From an uncultured Candidatus Saccharibacteria bacterium (GTDB taxonomy: Bacteria; Patescibacteriota; Minisyncoccia; Phycocordibacterales; WO2-35-19), in NCBI GenBank assembly GCA_964589445.1, contig CAZPQX010000001.1, positions 110,098 to 174,097 of the forward strand: a stretch of 64,000 nucleotides of DNA, read 5' to 3'. Below are positions 28,501 through 37,501 of this stretch, one piece after another. A program made the position numbers and the translations under genes. The notes under the pieces are model-generated. The model was not told the origin of the DNA and ran no database searches. It saw only the letters and a list, made by a program, of their open reading frames with translations. Every line of letters starts with the position of its first letter. Position 1 is the stretch's first letter.

Positions 28501-31242
28501 CTAAAGAGAGTATTTTTTCATTACCAACTCTTCGATCTCTTGGCGAGGTCGACCATACTTTTCATAAGACAGATTTTTCAAATGTTCTACCATGAGAGTG
28601 TCGCCCTTTTGAGGCGGCAAAACTTCCATATTGAAAGGTTTGGCTGGTTTTCCATTTACCAAAAGTCTTAGGTAAGCGTTGCGATTGTCTATATTCATCA
28701 GGTCACTCGCGGCAAAAATCGGAGCAAATTGTTTTTCTAAATATTCACTGTCTTCTGCCCCGACACGGAAGGCACAAATGGAGCCGACATTGCCGAAAAC
28801 TGCGTCTCTTATACCCTCTTCTATTTGAGCTATAAATTGGTGAGCGATATTGAGTGAGAGTTTGTACTTCCTAGCTTCAGAGAGGATAGTGGAAATGGAG
28901 TCGGTGGTGATATTTTGGAATTCGTCGATATATAAATAGAAAGGTGGCTGATGGGAGCCGAGCGAGTCAGCTCTCGAAAGTGCAGCCATGAGTATCTTGC
29001 CTACCAATATAAGCCCGATGAGGTTGGCATTTATGTCCCCTAGCCTACCTTTAGAAAGATTTACTAGGAGGATTTTTTTGTTATCCATGATGTCGCGGAA
29101 ATTGAAAGAAGATTTTTCTTGAGCGATGACGGGTCGCATGATTTCGTTGGCGAGGAAGACATCAAACTTGTTGGTCACATATTGCACATAGTTGGCGAGA
29201 CCCTGCTCACCGCTAGTCTTTTCTGCATTTACCCAAAACTGTTTTACTAAAGGATTTTTACATTTAGAAACCTTATAATCTCTATAAGTTTTGTCAGAAA
29301 GCACGCGCGACATGTCGACGAGAGTGTTGCCTGAGGCTGGGTCTTCCATCACGAGGAGTGCTGAGTTCCTAAAATACTGCTCGAAGGCTGGACCCATCGA
29401 CTCTGGCACATTGCCATAAAGCTTCCTGAAAATACTAAAGAGTTCGTTGACTACAAAAGTTTTTTGTTCTGGGAATCTTTCGTCATATTCGAGCATGTTG
29501 AGAGCCATCGGCCTCTCTGTAAAGCCTGGGTCGAAATATATGACATCATCCATCCTTTCCTTTGGGACATTTGCGAGCACATCTTGGATATCAGAGCCAT
29601 GAGGGTCGATCATACAAACACCATTACCCATTTTTATATCTTGGATAATCATATTTTTGAGCAAAGTAGACTTACCTGTGCCAGTCTGGCCTATACAATA
29701 AAAGTGTCGTAAGCGATCGTCTTCGGACATCTTGATTTGAGTCTCTACACTCCTATGTTTGTTTACCCCAAGCACGATACCTTCACCTGAAATATCGAGA
29801 GGTGCCTGTGCAGTCGCGGCTCTCGACTGACGGAGGCCTTCAGAGACTTTGAGGGCGCTAGTTTGGAAGTGCATAAAAGAAGTAATCTCTCTTATGTTCA
29901 TGGGCAAAAAAGAATCCTGATCAAAAATCCTAAAACTAAAATTCTTTACCAAGTTTCTCAAATTGCCTTTTTCTGACTTATGCCACTTTAGGGAATTGCC
30001 GAGAGTATTGTTGAACTGATTGAAACTGGACTTGATACTCTCCAAGATTTCTTCTGCCTCTTCTTGGGTAGCGGATGAAGCGAGCACTCTCAGGTTGCAG
30101 CGTACTATGGGTGTGGTTATCTTCCTGCCTATTTCTTCAATTACAGTTTGGTCTATCGGCTCTGGCTTCTTTGGCTCTTCGCCCTCTTTCTCTTTTGGTT
30201 TGGAAGGTCCAAACATACCCTTGAGCGTGTGGAATACTTCGCCTCCTACACTATCAGGAATATCGAGCGCTTCGCTTAGTGGTGCGCCTGCCTTTATTTT
30301 ATCTAAAGCCTTCCTATATTTTTTGATATACCTATCCCCGACTGGCGACCAAAGTAGCTGTATGGCAGCTCCTTCACCATCGCGATTTACTTTTGAAAAA
30401 CCAGAAATAATAAGGTTGAGCGGGTCATGACTAAAGCTTTCATAAGTCTTGAGTGGATAGATTGGATTTTTCTCAAAGAGTGCATAGCTGGCTGCAGTGT
30501 GGCCTGTCTCGTTGAAGATATTGTAGTCGTCGTTTTTTTCTTCTATTTTTGCATTATGGAAAATCGAGAGAATAGACTTTTCAAAAAGACCCTTCCTAGA
30601 TAAAGGCACGGCCACATAAAAAACTACTTCCTTAGAAAAGTTGGAGTTGGCTATCTCGAGTGATATCCAATTTTCTTCACCTTCCTTTGAAACCGAGAGC
30701 ATGCTCGCATAAAACTGCTCCATGCCAGAAATAATTTCTTCCAGCTTTACGTTTTCCTTTCCTTCTTCTTCTTTTATCAAAACTTGGTACAAGACCATGT
30801 TCATAATCTTCCACATCTTCTCTTTTTCACTCACGCCGGGGATGGTGAAGCCCTCTCTTATGTACTCAGAAACAAAACGATGGAAGTCGTCTGTGATATG
30901 AAAGTTTGAAAGCTTCTCGACGGCAGAAAGAGCATTTTTGATACCCTTCTCTTTGGCGAGCTTCACGAGCTCACTCACCTGCTTGTCGTGACTCTCGGGA
31001 GATAGTTTGACTATGAAATTTTCAACCTCATCTTGTGAAGCGTGGAATTCTGGGTGCACCACTTCTTCTGACTTCACAGTTTTGTATTCGGCGAGTGTCT
31101 CTCGTGCTAGAAAAACCGGGTCTTTGTTTATACCCACCTGCTCTAGAGCTTTTTCTTTTTCGGCGACAAGCCCACGCAAATAAGAAACCTCCTCCTCTGG
31201 GTTTTTGAACGGGGCTTCGGGCATTTTAAATTTGTAGTCCAT
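28501..31242 (-). CDS. VirD4/TraD-like (HerA/FtsK superfamily) ATPase
   Basis: RHFYCIGQTGTGKS, IDPHG, LYIDEFQN, SEARKY, AHQ. Confidence 0.88.
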   Translation of the reverse strand: MDYKFKMPEAPFKNPEEEVSYLRGLVAEKEKALEQVGINKDPVFLARETLAEYKTVKSEEVVHPEFHASQDEVENFIVKLSPESHDKQVSELVKLAKEKGIKNALSAVEKLSNFHITDDFHRFVSEYIREGFTIPGVSEKEKMWKIMNMVLYQVLIKEEEGKENVKLEEIISGMEQFYASMLSVSKEGEENWISLEIANSNFSKEVVFYVAVPLSRKGLFEKSILSIFHNAKIEEKNDDYNIFNETGHTAASYALFEKNPIYPLKTYESFSHDPLNLIISGFSKVNRDGEGAAIQLLWSPVGDRYIKKYRKALDKIKAGAPLSEALDIPDSVGGEVFHTLKGMFGPSKPKEKEGEEPKKPEPIDQTVIEEIGRKITTPIVRCNLRVLASSATQEEAEEILESIKSSFNQFNNTLGNSLKWHKSEKGNLRNLVKNFSFRIFDQDSFLPMNIREITSFMHFQTSALKVSEGLRQSRAATAQAPLDISGEGIVLGVNKHRSVETQIKMSEDDRLRHFYCIGQTGTGKSTLLKNMIIQDIKMGNGVCMIDPHGSDIQDVLANVPKERMDDVIYFDPGFTERPMALNMLEYDERFPEQKTFVVNELFSIFRKLYGNVPESMGPAFEQYFRNSALLVMEDPASGNTLVDMSRVLSDKTYRDYKVSKCKNPLVKQFWVNAEKTSGEQGLANYVQYVTNKFDVFLANEIMRPVIAQEKSSFNFRDIMDNKKILLVNLSKGRLGDINANLIGLILVGKILMAALSRADSLGSHQPPFYLYIDEFQNITTDSISTILSEARKYKLSLNIAHQFIAQIEEGIRDAVFGNVGSICAFRVGAEDSEYLEKQFAPIFAASDLMNIDNRNAYLRLLVNGKPAKPFNMEVLPPQKGDTLMVEHLKNLSYEKYGRPRQEIEELVMKKYSL

Positions 31243-31313
31243 CTTCTTTTAAATTATACAAAAACAAAAGCGCTTTAAGAAGCGCTTGTTGTTTAAAAAC
31301 TCATGAAATAAAT

Positions 31314-31508
31314 TTACATAGGCATCGAGTTGTTGCTCTTTGGCTTCAAAGAAACCAAAGCAGAAACACCTACGAGTATGTAAACTATTCTTGGGATCCA
31401 TCCCATCATGCTCATGCCAAGGAAACCAAACAAATCGTTTTGGAAGAGTCCTACTAGGAGCCAGTTGATGCCCCCTATGATGAGAAGCCAAAATGCTATT
31501 TTGCTCAT
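31314..31508 (-). CDS. DUF378-like small membrane protein
   Basis: LLIIGGINWLLVGLF...IVYILVGVSAL. Confidence 0.8.
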   Translation of the reverse strand: MSKIAFWLLIIGGINWLLVGLFQNDLFGFLGMSMMGWIPRIVYILVGVSALVSLKPKSNNSMPM

Positions 31509-31671
31509 AAAAATTTGAGTTAGTGTTTTAATAAAAACGACCACTTTTAATACATCTAAATTATACGACACAATAGTTTTGAAATAAAACCAAAAATTGT
31601 GTATTATTCTGCTTGTCCGCTAAATGCGTTTGGTTTGGTAGGCTTGCCCCGCGAAGCTTTAGCGTAGTGGG

Positions 31672-31857
31672 GGCCCTATCGTAAACGGTTAGTCGCCTCC
31701 TCGGCGACCCGCCGAGGAGGCGGGGACGGAGCCTTCTCAAGACTTAAAGAGGGGTTGAATTGCGAAAGCTTGGAGCAATTCAAAGCCGGACTGAGCGGAG
31801 GCGAAGGAGGCGGGGTCGTGGAAATTTTTAGCAAAAAATTATCTGTGACCGATTCCC
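31672..31857 (+). pseudogene. Degenerate tRNA-Glu copy with hairpins inserted in the D-loop and T-arm
   Basis: ggccctatcg..ggttag[31693-31723 hairpin]gacggagccttctcaag..ggggtt[type B element]gattccc; no 3' acceptor strand. Confidence 0.75.
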
Positions 31858-31886
31858 AAATCGAACGTTGTGTAGTAAAAATATAT

Positions 31887-32041
31887 GGCCCTATCGTCTA
31901 ACGGTTAGGACGGAGCCTTCGAGAGGTGAGGTTGGGATATGGGACCCAACCGCAAGACCTTTTGAGAATTTTTATGAGTAGAACGAAATAAAAAGCCCAA
32001 AAGGTGTACAGCGACTGTAAGTCGGAAAATTCGGGTTCGAT
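31887..32041 (+). pseudogene. Degenerate tRNA-Glu copy interrupted in the anticodon loop
   Basis: 34 nt nearly identical to the tRNA-Glu 5' half, then a ~105-nt structured insert, then aaattcgggttcgat (T-arm-like). Confidence 0.7.
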
Positions 32042-32054
32042 ACAATTAAATAAT

Positions 32055-32126
32055 GGCCTCATCGTCTAACGGTTAGGACGGAGCCTTCTCAAGGCTTAAA
32101 TCGGGGTTCGATTCCCCGTGAGGTCA
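32055..32126 (+). tRNA. tRNA-Glu(CTC)
   Basis: Acceptor ggcctca/tgaggtc; anticodon arm gagcc-ttCTCaa-ggctt; T-arm cgggg-ttcgatt-ccccg; CCA not encoded. Confidence 0.95.
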
Positions 32127-32199
32127 CATTCAACAGCTAGCACGAGAAGCGTGCGAAATAATGCTTCTTTACTGCCGAAGTTTTGTACATAATTACATT

Positions 32200-32859
32200 A
32201 TGAAGGAACACTTTGACAAAAATAAACGCCAGATATTGATGACAATTACACATCTGAATCGTTTTCATCTGCGCGCAGTAAGAAAAGATACTAAAGTAAG
32301 TGAAATTAGTTTAGATAATATTTTTGCAAAAATTATTATAGGGCTCTGGGTATCTCTATTAGAGGTTGAGTATGAATTATTAAACAGTAAAGTTGGATTA
32401 AAAAAAGAAAAAGATTCTTTAAAAGATAAATATTTGAAATTGTTAGATAGATTGTTTCAAGAAAAGTATTTAAATAATAGCGGAAAAGATATTAACCAAA
32501 GGAATTTAGGTCACGATAGTTATCATCGTTACAAAACTCTTAATGACATTATAAATAATGAATTAGCTAATTATATTGAGATTAGAAATAAAATAGCTCA
32601 TGGTCAATGGCATGTTGCTTTTTCAGATTCCGGAAAGGTTAATAATGACATAACCGCACATGTATGGAAATTATCTAAAAAAGATCTCCTCATTCTGAAA
32701 ACACTTGTCATAAATATACCTGCAATTTTAAATATTCTTTTTCAAAGCAAGAAAACTTTTGAAAGAGATTTTAATAAAATAATAAATAAAGTCTTATTAT
32801 CAAAAGAAGATAATGAAATCAGGTTTGGCTGGCTAAAAAATAAAGCTAGGAAAATATGA
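32200..32859 (+). CDS. Hypothetical protein with HEPN-like RxxxxH motif
   Basis: IRNKIAHG in a helical, very AT-rich ORF immediately after the tRNA. Confidence 0.65.
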   Translation: MKEHFDKNKRQILMTITHLNRFHLRAVRKDTKVSEISLDNIFAKIIIGLWVSLLEVEYELLNSKVGLKKEKDSLKDKYLKLLDRLFQEKYLNNSGKDINQRNLGHDSYHRYKTLNDIINNELANYIEIRNKIAHGQWHVAFSDSGKVNNDITAHVWKLSKKDLLILKTLVINIPAILNILFQSKKTFERDFNKIINKVLLSKEDNEIRFGWLKNKARKI

Positions 32860-33515
32860 GCCTTCTAGAAAATAAACCCAATAGTAAAGAGGAAAAAGTT
32901 CTAGAACTTTTCTATAATAGATTTTACGATTTGTACGAGGAATTATATCAAGAGGAGTTTTTTAAGAGAGAAGAATCCTACAGATTCTATCGAATACGAG
33001 AAATCTTTTCTGTATACAAAGAACTACTAGGGTATGAACCAATCCAATACTATATTAAATATGTTAAAAATGGGGGTAGACCACCTCTTGAGGGTTTAAT
33101 TGTTGATGATCTTTTTAGTTTTGTAAGAAACCTACTTCTACACTTTCCAGTTTTTGATAAATGGGAAGATGTTTACATAAGTAAAGATTTAGCTACTTGG
33201 AATAAAGTAGGTACTATTCATAAGTTTCTATTAAAAAGCAGTAAAATAAAAATCGATGATAGTGGAGTTATAAAATATAGGATATGGGAAAAGAGCAAAA
33301 AGCTAATGACTTATATTCAATTCCACTTACCAGAAGAATACAACGATAGTAGAAAAATATTCCTTAAAGAGGTTATTTCTGAAACAGATGGTATCAAACT
33401 TTGCATATCTTTTATGAAGCAAGTTCTAGATACACAAGTTCATTCTAATACTGAGGAGGATATTGTAATAATGTCTCAAGTTTACATGCCAATTCCTGAA
33501 ACTAGAAATCCATAG
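32856..33515 (+). CDS. Hypothetical protein with HEPN-like RxxxxH motif
   Basis: VRNLLLHF; ATGA overlap with the upstream gene. Confidence 0.6.
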   Translation: MSLLENKPNSKEEKVLELFYNRFYDLYEELYQEEFFKREESYRFYRIREIFSVYKELLGYEPIQYYIKYVKNGGRPPLEGLIVDDLFSFVRNLLLHFPVFDKWEDVYISKDLATWNKVGTIHKFLLKSSKIKIDDSGVIKYRIWEKSKKLMTYIQFHLPEEYNDSRKIFLKEVISETDGIKLCISFMKQVLDTQVHSNTEEDIVIMSQVYMPIPETRNP

Positions 33516-33679
33516 TCGCACGGGAAGGGTCATTAGAAACTTAATAACGTTACTCAGAATAACCTTACTGGACAACAAATCAGACAGGTTCTATCTCGAG
33601 AAGGCTCACCTTTTAGAGAGCGCTCGGGAAGGATATGAAAATTGGAGACTTTTTTCATTAAAAATGTATAATTTATTAA

Positions 33680-34303
33680 ATGGAATTTGTCTATATAGGT
33701 TTTGGATGGCTACTGGGTCTTTTAGCCCCAGCAACCACAAAACGGATTGCGGATCATTATGAAAAACAGAATCTTGAAAAGATTATTCTTAATGACATAA
33801 AAGATTTAAAGAAAAGACTCGGGGGAATACCCTATCTTGTATACCCTAAGCACGGAAAATTAAATCAAGAGATTTTTAATTGGATTAAAAGTAATTCTAG
33901 TATTGACTTCGATACCGGATTAACGCAACTTGCTGAACAAGGATTAACTGAGACCCAGATAATAAATCATCTAAATACAATAGGACAACAAGATGTAACA
34001 ACAACATACTTTAAGAAAGTAAACCTTTTTGCGACAGACTCTCATCTTACTAAATTAAGTTTAATTGAAAATAATCTAATGGAGAAAATTTTAGAGATAA
34101 AATTCCATGTACAAGCACTAAATGAAGACATCGATAGTTTTAGGGATGATCTAAAAATGACGTTTATGCCAGGAATCACTCCACAAAATCATATAATAGT
34201 ATCGGTTGAAATTGATAAAAAGAGTTTAATGATTGCAAAAAAGTCTATGTTTATAGTTGATAAAATTAATGAAATTCTATTCTCTCGAAAAGGGTCGAAA
34301 TAA
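33680..34303 (+). CDS. Hypothetical protein with N-terminal membrane anchor
   Basis: 207-aa AT-rich ORF with a hydrophobic N-terminus. Confidence 0.7.
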   Translation: MEFVYIGFGWLLGLLAPATTKRIADHYEKQNLEKIILNDIKDLKKRLGGIPYLVYPKHGKLNQEIFNWIKSNSSIDFDTGLTQLAEQGLTETQIINHLNTIGQQDVTTTYFKKVNLFATDSHLTKLSLIENNLMEKILEIKFHVQALNEDIDSFRDDLKMTFMPGITPQNHIIVSVEIDKKSLMIAKKSMFIVDKINEILFSRKGSK

Positions 34304-34465
34304 TATACTTAAAAAACTTTAAATAGCCTTACGGAACAATGAACCCTGAGGCTCTATCTTGCTATACGCCCACAAATTGACAATTACTTAATTTAGGAGT
34401 ATAAAAAAATAGGAGTACCTCATGAAAAAACTACTAGGTAAAGATGTTTGTGTATATGAGAAAAA

Positions 34466-35035
34466 ATGAATACGACTAATAGAACACAACAGCTCTGCGA
34501 CGCCCTCAAACAAGGCGCACCCTGGGGTTCACTCGCAAGATTCCTCGACACGATCAATTTGATCGAAGAATTGGAACAATTGGCCCCTATACTCCATGGA
34601 TCAAATAAAGCGGATCTAGCCGAGTACTACAAGGAGAACCTCCTTCGGTGGCCTGACCCCCAATTGCCGGCAGGGTTCAGCGAGAAGTACCCCCTGTTCT
34701 CTGCACGGCTAGATACACCAGGAAAAATTCGCATTCTTTTGCGGGGTGCATACTACCGCGATGTCCCCCCAGAAATTATGGGCGATGTTTTCGAAGAGAT
34801 CATCCGCCGTCACGAGGTGGAAGGCGAGAGAAAAATCGTTTATCGCAACTACCGCAACACTACGCGCGATCGCGCTTTGCGAATCGTATACCACACCCAG
34901 CTCCCATACTGGACCCTGACGGAACTGGCCCTGAATGGAATGCCCAACGTCGGCATTTCTACCAAAGAAGGTCTCTTCCTCGATTGGAGAACAAAAGAGG
35001 AGAGACTCGCAGCCGGCGAAACCGTGTATTCATAG
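34466..35035 (+). CDS. Hypothetical protein (orphan)
   Basis: 189 aa, GC-richer; TTGACA upstream; hairpin downstream. Confidence 0.65.
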   Translation: MNTTNRTQQLCDALKQGAPWGSLARFLDTINLIEELEQLAPILHGSNKADLAEYYKENLLRWPDPQLPAGFSEKYPLFSARLDTPGKIRILLRGAYYRDVPPEIMGDVFEEIIRRHEVEGERKIVYRNYRNTTRDRALRIVYHTQLPYWTLTELALNGMPNVGISTKEGLFLDWRTKEERLAAGETVYS

Positions 35036-35328
35036 TCAATTAGCCGCCCACAACAGGACAAGATCCGTTGGAGGGCGGATTTTGTTATCTAAATTTTCCA
35101 TAAGAATAGTTTATTCCTAAATAAACTTATTTTCAAAAACCTACCCCCCCATTGACTTCCCCATCATTTGAAGGCCGGCGGCTTTTTTTAAAAAATTCCA
35201 AATATCCCCTTCAAAAATTCAACAAATTTGTGGAGAAGAAATAATAATCAAAATTCTCTTTACAAAGTTTAAAAATACTTGCAAAACTGTATTGGCCTGA
35301 TAAGATCTGCAACGGAAAGGAGAAAGCC

Positions 35329-35553
35329 ATGAAGGTTTGCCCACATCGTGGTGAAAAATTCTCTAAGCGCAGGTGGGATAGAGAGACCAACCCACCCAAG
35401 ATGCGCTGTGCATCGTGCAGTGTCACTCTATTTTCCAGAGAAGGAATCCTAGACACCTGGGAATTTCTTCATCCTCCCGACGAAGGAGGGATAGGGAAAA
35501 AGCTGAATAAGCAAAAACCCAAAGAAGAACCTTCGTTCGGGGAGGAATACTAG
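35329..35553 (+). CDS. Small hypothetical protein, possible zinc ribbon
   Basis: AAGGAG SD; CPH...CASC. Confidence 0.55.
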   Translation: MKVCPHRGEKFSKRRWDRETNPPKMRCASCSVTLFSREGILDTWEFLHPPDEGGIGKKLNKQKPKEEPSFGEEY

Positions 35554-35682
35554 AACCTAAGTCTCCCTCACCCCCCTCAGCCGCCGCCCCACCACGGGCG
35601 ACCTTTCTTTTTCTCCTCTTTTTATCGCCTTGACACACCATATTTAATATTGTAATTTCTTAAAAGAAAGGCTTTTCATCAT

Positions 35683-35970
35683 ATGGGGAAATTAGGAGTT
35701 GAGCCTCAGACCGAGGCCATGATCCTGGAGAACTTAGGTAAGTCTCTCCAGACACTTCGAGATGAAAATCCCGAAGCCACCTTCGACAAAGAATTGGTCG
35801 AGGCGATTTGCTTAGAGCGAGTGTTCCCTCATCAAGCAGCAGGCCTGCTTGGAATGACAGAAGACGCCTCGCTCGACTTGTTTTTTGGGCTGTTTCGCCA
35901 AGAGTCGTCGCGACAGGAGTTCTTCTCGTTCTACGTGGTGCGGTGGAAGCAGAAGCACCAAGAACACTAA
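35683..35970 (+). CDS. Hypothetical protein (orphan) whose N-terminus resembles the gene at 8140
   Basis: TTGACA promoter, GAAAGG leader, terminator; MGKLGVEP. Confidence 0.65.
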   Translation: MGKLGVEPQTEAMILENLGKSLQTLRDENPEATFDKELVEAICLERVFPHQAAGLLGMTEDASLDLFFGLFRQESSRQEFFSFYVVRWKQKHQEH

Positions 35971-36069
35971 AACGAACCCCTCGCCCGCCGCGCCCACAAG
36001 GCCGGCGGCTTTCTTTTTGTTAAAATTTTAAGTCCCCCGCCCCAACCCACAATTTGCTATAATATACTC

Positions 36070-36402
36070 ATGAATCAAAATACTTTTAAATTTAAAAAAT
36101 GGTTTGGGAGGGTTTTAGGAGCTATGTTAGTTTTTGTACCAAATTTTGTCTATGCATTTTCTTTTGAATTCGTACAACAAAGCAACTACTCCGCTAGTAG
36201 CCCAGCAGGGCTCATCTCGGGGCTGTGGCATGGCATGATAGCCCCTTGGTCTCTCATCGCAAGATGGTTTTTTAGTGACATTGGGCTATATGCCTTTTCC
36301 AACACGGGCTGGTTTTATGATGCTGGCTTCCTCATTGGAGCTGGTGGCTCTATCCCTCTCGGCTGGCTCGCAGCCATAATCGCTACAATAGCAATGTTTT
36401 AA
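36070..36402 (+). CDS. Hypothetical membrane protein
   Basis: AGLISGLWHG..P, NTGWFYDAGF; hydrophobic. Confidence 0.75.
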   Translation: MNQNTFKFKKWFGRVLGAMLVFVPNFVYAFSFEFVQQSNYSASSPAGLISGLWHGMIAPWSLIARWFFSDIGLYAFSNTGWFYDAGFLIGAGGSIPLGWLAAIIATIAMF

Positions 36403-36406
36403 ATAT

Positions 36407-36811
36407 ATGAACGAAACCTATATCTACAACGACCTGGTCAAGCCATTTTGGTCTCCTCCATCATGGATATTTGGTCCAGTGTGGAGCGTTTTGTATTTTA
36501 TAATAGCAATATCTTTCAGTACCATATTTTATAAAGCAATCAAAAAGGAAATCCCTTTCGCAACAGCCCTACCCTTTATACTCAATCTACTTTTCAACTT
36601 TTTGTTTACCCCGCTCCAATTTGGAATACAAAACAACATCTTGGCTTCTGTAGACATATTGCTAGTACTCGCGACCCTTGTCTGGGCACTCCTCACTGTG
36701 TATAAAAAGCACAAAAACCTACGCTGGATAGCCTACGCCAACATACCCTATTTGCTTTGGGTGACTTTCGCGACTTTTTTACAACTCACCATCACTTATT
36801 TGAATATGTAA
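36407..36811 (+). CDS. tspO: TspO/MBR family protein
   Basis: Y..LVKP.WSPP.WIFGPVW, PYLLWVTFA. Confidence 0.92.
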   Translation: MNETYIYNDLVKPFWSPPSWIFGPVWSVLYFIIAISFSTIFYKAIKKEIPFATALPFILNLLFNFLFTPLQFGIQNNILASVDILLVLATLVWALLTVYKKHKNLRWIAYANIPYLLWVTFATFLQLTITYLNM

Positions 36812-36865
36812 AAAAGCTTGTAATAAAATATGATAAAATATTTTTATTAAAATAATTTGAAAGGT

Positions 36866-37180
36866 ATGACAAATTCAAACCCAGCTATTGAAGCACTCAA
36901 AAGAGAGATCGAAAAAGAAGTACAAGAACTTAAAGAAAAACAAAACGAACAAAGGAAAAAAGACTCTGAGTTATCACGCAAAAAACAAGAATACGAGCGC
37001 AAACAAGCTGAGGCTGACAAACTAAAAAAGGAGCTTGAAGATTTGGAAAAGGAAGTAAACGATATTAAGTCAGATATACAGAAGCTAGAACAAGAAAGGA
37101 CGAACAAAGAATCTTCTTTAAGGGAGATGCAGCAAGAACTTGCAAATTCAATAAAAGAATCTGAAAAAGACAAAAAATAG
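36866..37180 (+). CDS. Coiled-coil hypothetical protein
   Basis: E/K/Q-rich heptad pattern. Confidence 0.7.
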   Translation: MTNSNPAIEALKREIEKEVQELKEKQNEQRKKDSELSRKKQEYERKQAEADKLKKELEDLEKEVNDIKSDIQKLEQERTNKESSLREMQQELANSIKESEKDKK

Positions 37181-37198
37181 GTAAAATTTTTAGACAAA

Positions 37199-37324
37199 GA
37201 AAAAGACGCTGTAGTGTTGCAAGTCACCGCAGCGCCTCGTCGAAAGTTTCCGTACTTATCCCCCGGGGAGGGGGCCCTAATGACTACCAGTCCTAGTCTG
37301 ATAGGCACCAGAAACATTCGAACA
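37199..37324 (-). ncRNA. Candidate structured ncRNA with its own promoter and terminator
   Basis: TTGACT..TAGATT upstream; long closing stem tcgaa-gtttc-gtgcctatc/gataagtac-gaaac-ttcga; 12-bp hairpin plus T-tract. Confidence 0.45.
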
Positions 37325-37361
37325 AAATCAAATCTAAACTATTTATTTAAAAAGTCAACAA

Positions 37362-37470
37362 AAATAAAGAGGGGTGTGGTACAGGGACAGAAACCACGAC
37401 CCCTCAGTGCTCACTTACTCTAACCTCCCACGAGGGTCGAGTGGCCACCATGGCTGAATGGCTGTGAGCT
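37362..37470 (-). ncRNA. Candidate structured ncRNA with its own promoter and terminator
   Basis: TTGACA at 37505-37500; gctcac/gtgagc closing stem with inner hairpin; gagggg..cccctc terminator plus T-tract. Confidence 0.45.
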
Positions 37471-37501
37471 ATATTGAGTATTAAATATAATAGATTTTTT
37501 G

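Noticed and set aside
31646-32126. CRISPR array
   Set aside because: The repeated units are tRNA 5' halves separated by long structured sequence, and no cas genes are in the window.
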